Position numbers and translations under genes: made by a program. From a virus (lineage: Duplodnaviria; Heunggongvirae; Uroviricota; Caudoviricetes): 38,660 bases of DNA. Below the pieces are notes generated by a model. It did no database searches, was not told the DNA's origin, and saw only the letters and a list, made by a program, of their open reading frames with translations. Where the stretch lies: the IMG/VR virus record IMGVR_UViG_3300034091_000309. One strand, written 5' to 3'. Within the stretch, counting starts at the first letter, position 1; every line of letters starts with the position of its first letter. This document shows positions 34,045-38,660 of this stretch, in pieces.

Positions 34045-35361
34045 ATGGCTCTTTACGGCTGGCTTCAATTCGCGACTGCACGCCAGCAACTAGCGCAACG
34101 GCTGGCCGACAGCGGGAATGTGTACTGGACCGACCAAGAAAACGGCCTCTATATCCAGAAGGCGCTGCGCATCTTCAATGCGCTGACCTATACCTGGAAG
34201 ACGGATTTTGTTTATAACACGGGGAACCTGTGGAACTCGCTGGGACTCCTGGCGGAGTCTCCGCGGCTGCGCACACTGACCGACACCAACTCCTACACCA
34301 TGATGGAGTACCACCTGCTTGAGCCGCCCAGCGGAGGGACGTGGACGGGGACCAGCCAGTTCACCATTTCCGACTTTTCTCAGGCTTTGCAGCGGCACCG
34401 GGACGAGATGCTGCAAGTCTCGAATTGCAACCAATCGCTCATGACCGGTATTGCGCTCACGCCGAATACCCGGCGGACGACGTTGCCGGATACAGTGATC
34501 GACGTGGCGCGGGTGCGGTATCTGCCGGTGACGGGGAATCCGGTGACGCTCTACCGTGACGACACCGTGGCGCAGGAGTTTTACGAGGCCGGTTTCTGGC
34601 AGTCGCCGGGCGCGACGCCGCAAACCTTCATGCTTTCATCGGAACCCCCGCTAAGTTGGGACGTGGACATTCCTCCGGCCCAGCCGGGAAGCTACGAGGC
34701 GGTGGTTCTGCAATCGGGAGCGGCCTTCTCGCCGCCCACGGCAACGCTGCTGGGGATTCCCGATGACTTTGCTTGGGTGGCGGAGTGGGGAGCGATGGCG
34801 GATCTGTTGGGCAGGGAATCGGAGGCTACGGACCGGGAAAGGGCGGCTTACTGTCTGCGGCGGTACCAGGATGGATTGAACCTGCTGCTGAAAACCCCCT
34901 GGATCATGCTGGGGAAGGTGAACGGTCAAGCGGTGAGCGTGGACTCGATCATGGCCACGGACCGCTACATGCCGGAATGGGACTCGATGCCAACGAGTTT
35001 TGGGCCGGTGGTGGTGATCGGCGGGGTGGATTTTCTGGCGGCGCCGGTGGGGGCCGGAATCGGGGTAACCGTGTTGGGCAACGCTCCGGTGCCGGTTCTC
35101 AATACGGATTATGTGCAGGTCTCGCGCAGCGACTGGGATGCGGTTTTGGATTGCGCGCAGTCGCTGGCTTGCTTCAAGATGGGGGGAGCGGAGTTTCAGC
35201 AGGCGCTGGAGTTGGAATCGCGGTTTGTGCAGGCCTGCGCGGCGGAGAATACGCGGCTAAAGAGCATGGGGTCGTTCGCGGATATTCTGGTGCAGCGCGG
35301 GCAGGAGCAGGATAGAGCGCAGAACAGGTACAACACGGCAAACCAAAAGAAACAGCAGTAA
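34045..35361 (+). CDS. Putative adaptor/tail tubular protein A-like
   Basis: 438 aa; YWTDQENGLYIQKA N-terminus; directly precedes the nozzle-like gene. Confidence 0.55.
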   Translation: MALYGWLQFATARQQLAQRLADSGNVYWTDQENGLYIQKALRIFNALTYTWKTDFVYNTGNLWNSLGLLAESPRLRTLTDTNSYTMMEYHLLEPPSGGTWTGTSQFTISDFSQALQRHRDEMLQVSNCNQSLMTGIALTPNTRRTTLPDTVIDVARVRYLPVTGNPVTLYRDDTVAQEFYEAGFWQSPGATPQTFMLSSEPPLSWDVDIPPAQPGSYEAVVLQSGAAFSPPTATLLGIPDDFAWVAEWGAMADLLGRESEATDRERAAYCLRRYQDGLNLLLKTPWIMLGKVNGQAVSVDSIMATDRYMPEWDSMPTSFGPVVVIGGVDFLAAPVGAGIGVTVLGNAPVPVLNTDYVQVSRSDWDAVLDCAQSLACFKMGGAEFQQALELESRFVQACAAENTRLKSMGSFADILVQRGQEQDRAQNRYNTANQKKQQ

Positions 35362-35375
35362 ACTAAGAGAGAATC

Positions 35376-35450
35376 GAGCGACGCGCCCCCGCCCCTGCGG
35401 ACCAAGCAACGGCTCAAGACCCGAAACGGTTCTTGGGCCGTTTTCATTTC
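35376..35450 (+). promoter_or_regulatory. RNA switch-like leader, copy 5
   Basis: GAGCGACGCGC-CCGC/GCGG-ACCAAGCAACGGCTCAAG-loop-CTTGGGCCGTT-TTCATTT. Confidence 0.75.
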
Positions 35451-35451
35451 T

Positions 35452-35485
35452 ACCCCAGCGACATGGACCGGTCGCCGGGGACCCC
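35452..35485 (+). repeat. Hairpin repeat copy
   Basis: accccagcgacatggaccggtcgccggggacccc. Confidence 0.75.
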
Positions 35486-35513
35486 GGATTTTTCAGCCGC
35501 ATTGGGAAGCAAC

Positions 35514-38500
35514 ATGGCGCTCGATTTTCACGGTTTCGATCTGACCCATCCCGTCAACCGCATTCCCAGCGGGCGGGTCAGCATTGCCCAGAACATCCGC
35601 GCCTATTTTTCCGGCGGCGTCAGTTTCCGTAACCTGCTAACCGGGGCGCTCTATACGCTTGCGGCGGCGGTTCACACCATCCGCCGCCTTAACGATTCCA
35701 CGCCCAACGGGCCGTCGAGTGGCTACACGCTCATCAACGGCGCGGGAGCGGTTCTTTACGCCGGGGGAACCTCCGTGGCCACCGGGCTCAGCACTAACCC
35801 GGTCTCGATGGTGCCTTTCCGGCCCAACGCTTCCGTGCAGGGTTGGATGTATGTGGGCGACTCGGCTGCCATGGGCACGGTGACGCTCCAGACCAAATAT
35901 CTCATCAGCGGCAGTGCGGTGAACTTTCCCTCCAACGGCATGATGAAGGTGCGCTCCGACGGGCTGGTTTACAAGATGGGCATCGAGGAGCCGCAACTGG
36001 CCCCTGTCGTTTCGACGAGCAACTCCGTAGTGTCCTTTGGCGGAGGGAGCGGGAATTTGTTGGCGACCACGATCCCGTGGACCAATTACCCGATTAACAC
36101 CAATAACAGCGACGATTACGGCGAGACGGAAGGGCCACCGAACACTACGCCTCCGGTAGACGGAACCGCTCCGTTCATCATCAACTGCCAGAATGCTTCC
36201 ACGATCACGATCACCGCGCTTGCTTTGGATGGAACGGTGGTTATCAACGGGACCACGAATCCAACGCTTACGGCGACTTCAAGCGGGCGCGTGGCTGCAG
36301 GAGCGCCAGGTTATCCGGGACAATTCATCGAGACGATCGGCACAGGATTGCCTCCAACCGCAGCTTCTTATGTGGTGGGGGCTTTCACGGACGGGGCGGG
36401 AAATGTTGTTGCCGCCGGAGTCGCTCCGCTCTACATCCCCAACATCGTCGATGTTGGAGTTGCCTTTGGTACCAGCACACCGATCACAGTCCCTTATGGC
36501 GCGGCGGTATTTCAGGTGGGCATCAACTCCGAAGGCAATACGTTTACACAAGGAAGCCCGCCGAATTCCGGCCTGATTACCTTCGCGGGGACGGTGACAA
36601 CCAATGCCCTGCCGACGGTCACGTCGATTCTGGGCACACTGACCCTGAACTATTGGGGCGACTCTCCGACCTCCGGCCCGGTGTCAGCCTACATCTGGAA
36701 GAATCCCGGAGATCCGGGCGGTTCCGGGCCGGAACGATCTACATCGAACGCCGTGGGGTCAACCACCGGCAACTCGTTCATCTTCGACGCGACATTCACG
36801 TCTGGAATCCCGTCCCTGCCCGGCATTGGCTCTCCCTCGGTGCCGATGGAGTGGACGACCTTGAGCCCGGAGAGCGTAGCGATTGGAACGAATCCTGTTT
36901 TTGCGGCGCCCATCACCGTTCCCGCCCCGCAGAACACAAACAACACGCAATTTGCCAACTTCAATTTCTGTCTCACGGGCAACATCTATTTCCCCGGTCC
37001 CGGCTATTATGCCCTCATTCTCACAAACAAGGATGATTGCATCTGGGGCATCGGCGGCGGAATAAAACCAGTTGTGGTAGCCGCCTTCAATCAATCCGGG
37101 TCTGTGCCTTCGTCGCTTTCGCAGTATGGACAGACAATCACCGTAGTCGGCGGATACCCGCTTCTGCCCCGCGCAAACACGGGTAGCGGTTTAGGCGGCC
37201 AGTATGTCTATACACTTGTCACAGTCAATGTTCCCGCGGCTGGCATCTATCCCATTGAAATCGACTACGACTACTGGTATCACTCCGGCCGCATCCTGCT
37301 CCTGATGGTCTCTCCAATCCCGTCCTCAACGCCGGCAGGAGTCATTCCTCCGACCATCGTTCCGCCGCTTCCGGCCAACGTGAGGGAAGAAACCCAATAC
37401 CGCTACGTCTATCGCAGTTCGGCGACCGGGGCCCTCTCCAACCCATCTCCCGAGTCCGTCGCGGAGTCCATTCCCGTCCTAGCCAACACGATCACTTCGT
37501 TCTGGTCGAACGATCCGCAGGTGGACGTGGTGGATTACTACCGCGTGGATACCGCTATCGACAATTTCACTTACGTTTGTACGGGGCCCAACGACGACTT
37601 AGGAGGCGGCGGGACGAACACTGCGGTCAGCGACAGTCTGCTCGACACCGCGATCACGGCCAACCCGGTGTTGCAATTCGACAACTACGAACCTTTTCCT
37701 TCGATTGATCTGCCGCAGAAGGGCATCTGCTCGGTCTCCGGCGGCGTGATTAGCTGGGTCTCGGGCGGAGCGATCGGGGGCACGGCCACGGGGTTCAATG
37801 CGCGCTGGCTGGCCGGAACCGTGATTCTCATCGGCTCCCCTACTTCGCTGGCCTACACGTTCATCGCCCGGCCGACAGCCGCGGCGTTCCAGATCAACAC
37901 GTACTACGGCTCGAACTGGATCGTTACCGATCCCGCCGGGCACTACCAACTGGTGACGGTGGCGGGAATCTCCGGCGGCTCGTCGCCGGCATGGAACGAC
38001 TCTGGCGGGCCCACGACCAGCGGCGGAGTGACCTTTGCCGACAAGGGATTCTATACCCCGGCGGGTTTTGTCAGCCAAGTCACGATTCCCGGAGTCCCGA
38101 ACGGCACGAATCTGGTGTACGAGATCGCGGAGCCGATTCTGGCCGCGCAGCCCTTGCCGTATATATGGGGGCCGACCGACAACATCAATTTCGTCTTTGC
38201 CGTGGGCGACCCGCTGCGGCCGGGAACCCTCTATTGGTGCAGTGGAAGCAACCTTGATTCTGCGCCGGACACCAACCAGATGGATGTGACCGATCCCGGC
38301 GAGCCTCTGGTCAACGGGGCTATGTCAGGCGGTCGGGGAGTCTTGTTCTCGATTCGGCGGGCGTGGGTCATCATGCCCAACTTCTTCAACGCTCTGGCCA
38401 CGGTGACCGGAACTACCGGGTCGACCTGGACATTGCAGGCCACCAGCATCAACCGCGGATTGTTTATTCCCCGTTGCGTGGCTGTCGAAGGCAGCGGACT

Positions 38501-38660
38501 GATCTTTTTCCGCGTGGACGACGGGATTCATCTTTCCTCCGGGGGGGGGGCGTCAAGGTCGATTACCGATCAGGATCTGTATCCGATCTTCCCGCACGAA
38601 AACGAGGATGGAGGAACGAGTGTTCCGCAACCGGTGACGCGGCAGGGCGTGACCGTCTAT
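35514..38660 (+). CDS. Nozzle/tail tubular protein B-like (P22 gp10/T7 gp12 type), partial, with PA14-like insert
   Basis: Open frame from ATG 35514 to the window end (absent from the ORF track because it has no stop); SIAQNIR, TLYWCSG and LIFFRVDDGIHL propeller-type motifs. Confidence 0.65.
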   Translation, partial: MALDFHGFDLTHPVNRIPSGRVSIAQNIRAYFSGGVSFRNLLTGALYTLAAAVHTIRRLNDSTPNGPSSGYTLINGAGAVLYAGGTSVATGLSTNPVSMVPFRPNASVQGWMYVGDSAAMGTVTLQTKYLISGSAVNFPSNGMMKVRSDGLVYKMGIEEPQLAPVVSTSNSVVSFGGGSGNLLATTIPWTNYPINTNNSDDYGETEGPPNTTPPVDGTAPFIINCQNASTITITALALDGTVVINGTTNPTLTATSSGRVAAGAPGYPGQFIETIGTGLPPTAASYVVGAFTDGAGNVVAAGVAPLYIPNIVDVGVAFGTSTPITVPYGAAVFQVGINSEGNTFTQGSPPNSGLITFAGTVTTNALPTVTSILGTLTLNYWGDSPTSGPVSAYIWKNPGDPGGSGPERSTSNAVGSTTGNSFIFDATFTSGIPSLPGIGSPSVPMEWTTLSPESVAIGTNPVFAAPITVPAPQNTNNTQFANFNFCLTGNIYFPGPGYYALILTNKDDCIWGIGGGIKPVVVAAFNQSGSVPSSLSQYGQTITVVGGYPLLPRANTGSGLGGQYVYTLVTVNVPAAGIYPIEIDYDYWYHSGRILLLMVSPIPSSTPAGVIPPTIVPPLPANVREETQYRYVYRSSATGALSNPSPESVAESIPVLANTITSFWSNDPQVDVVDYYRVDTAIDNFTYVCTGPNDDLGGGGTNTAVSDSLLDTAITANPVLQFDNYEPFPSIDLPQKGICSVSGGVISWVSGGAIGGTATGFNARWLAGTVILIGSPTSLAYTFIARPTAAAFQINTYYGSNWIVTDPAGHYQLVTVAGISGGSSPAWNDSGGPTTSGGVTFADKGFYTPAGFVSQVTIPGVPNGTNLVYEIAEPILAAQPLPYIWGPTDNINFVFAVGDPLRPGTLYWCSGSNLDSAPDTNQMDVTDPGEPLVNGAMSGGRGVLFSIRRAWVIMPNFFNALATVTGTTGSTWTLQATSINRGLFIPRCVAVEGSGLIFFRVDDGIHLSSGGGASRSITDQDLYPIFPHENEDGGTSVPQPVTRQGVTVY

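Noticed and set aside
18-35485. Dispersed repeats as a CRISPR array
   Set aside because: The copies are kilobases apart with genes between them, there are no regular spacers, and no cas genes are present

Overview
About 38.7 kb of a tailed dsDNA phage or prophage, probably short-tailed (podovirus-like). No integrase, replication genes, tape measure or endolysin are recognisable inside the window. The left arm (214-4973, minus strand) carries mosaic early/accessory genes including a DUF932-family protein. A G-rich control region (about 5000-5760) separates it from a long plus-strand block: HTH regulator, small hypotheticals, DUF5131, terminase large subunit, portal, scaffold, major capsid, decoration and adaptor-like proteins, four signal-peptide-bearing fibre-like proteins (one with an SGNH esterase domain, one with a DUF2961/GH172-like domain), a lysis-type membrane cassette, and a nozzle-like ORF running off the right end. 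The most striking unannotated signal is a ~70-nt intergenic RNA element present five times in the late region. Its central strand can pair either upstream or downstream, and its substitutions are compensated on both sides, which is what a two-state RNA switch would show. Three of the five copies lead very basic small proteins. Other notable signals are a candidate variant type III hammerhead ribozyme, ten co-oriented hairpin repeats, a readable tandem-duplication scar between the two large fibre genes, a ~75-aa beta domain inserted into unrelated proteins, and a holin-like protein fused to a signal peptide and a beta-barrel-like domain. All family assignments are from motif recognition by eye; no database searches or folding programs were run.
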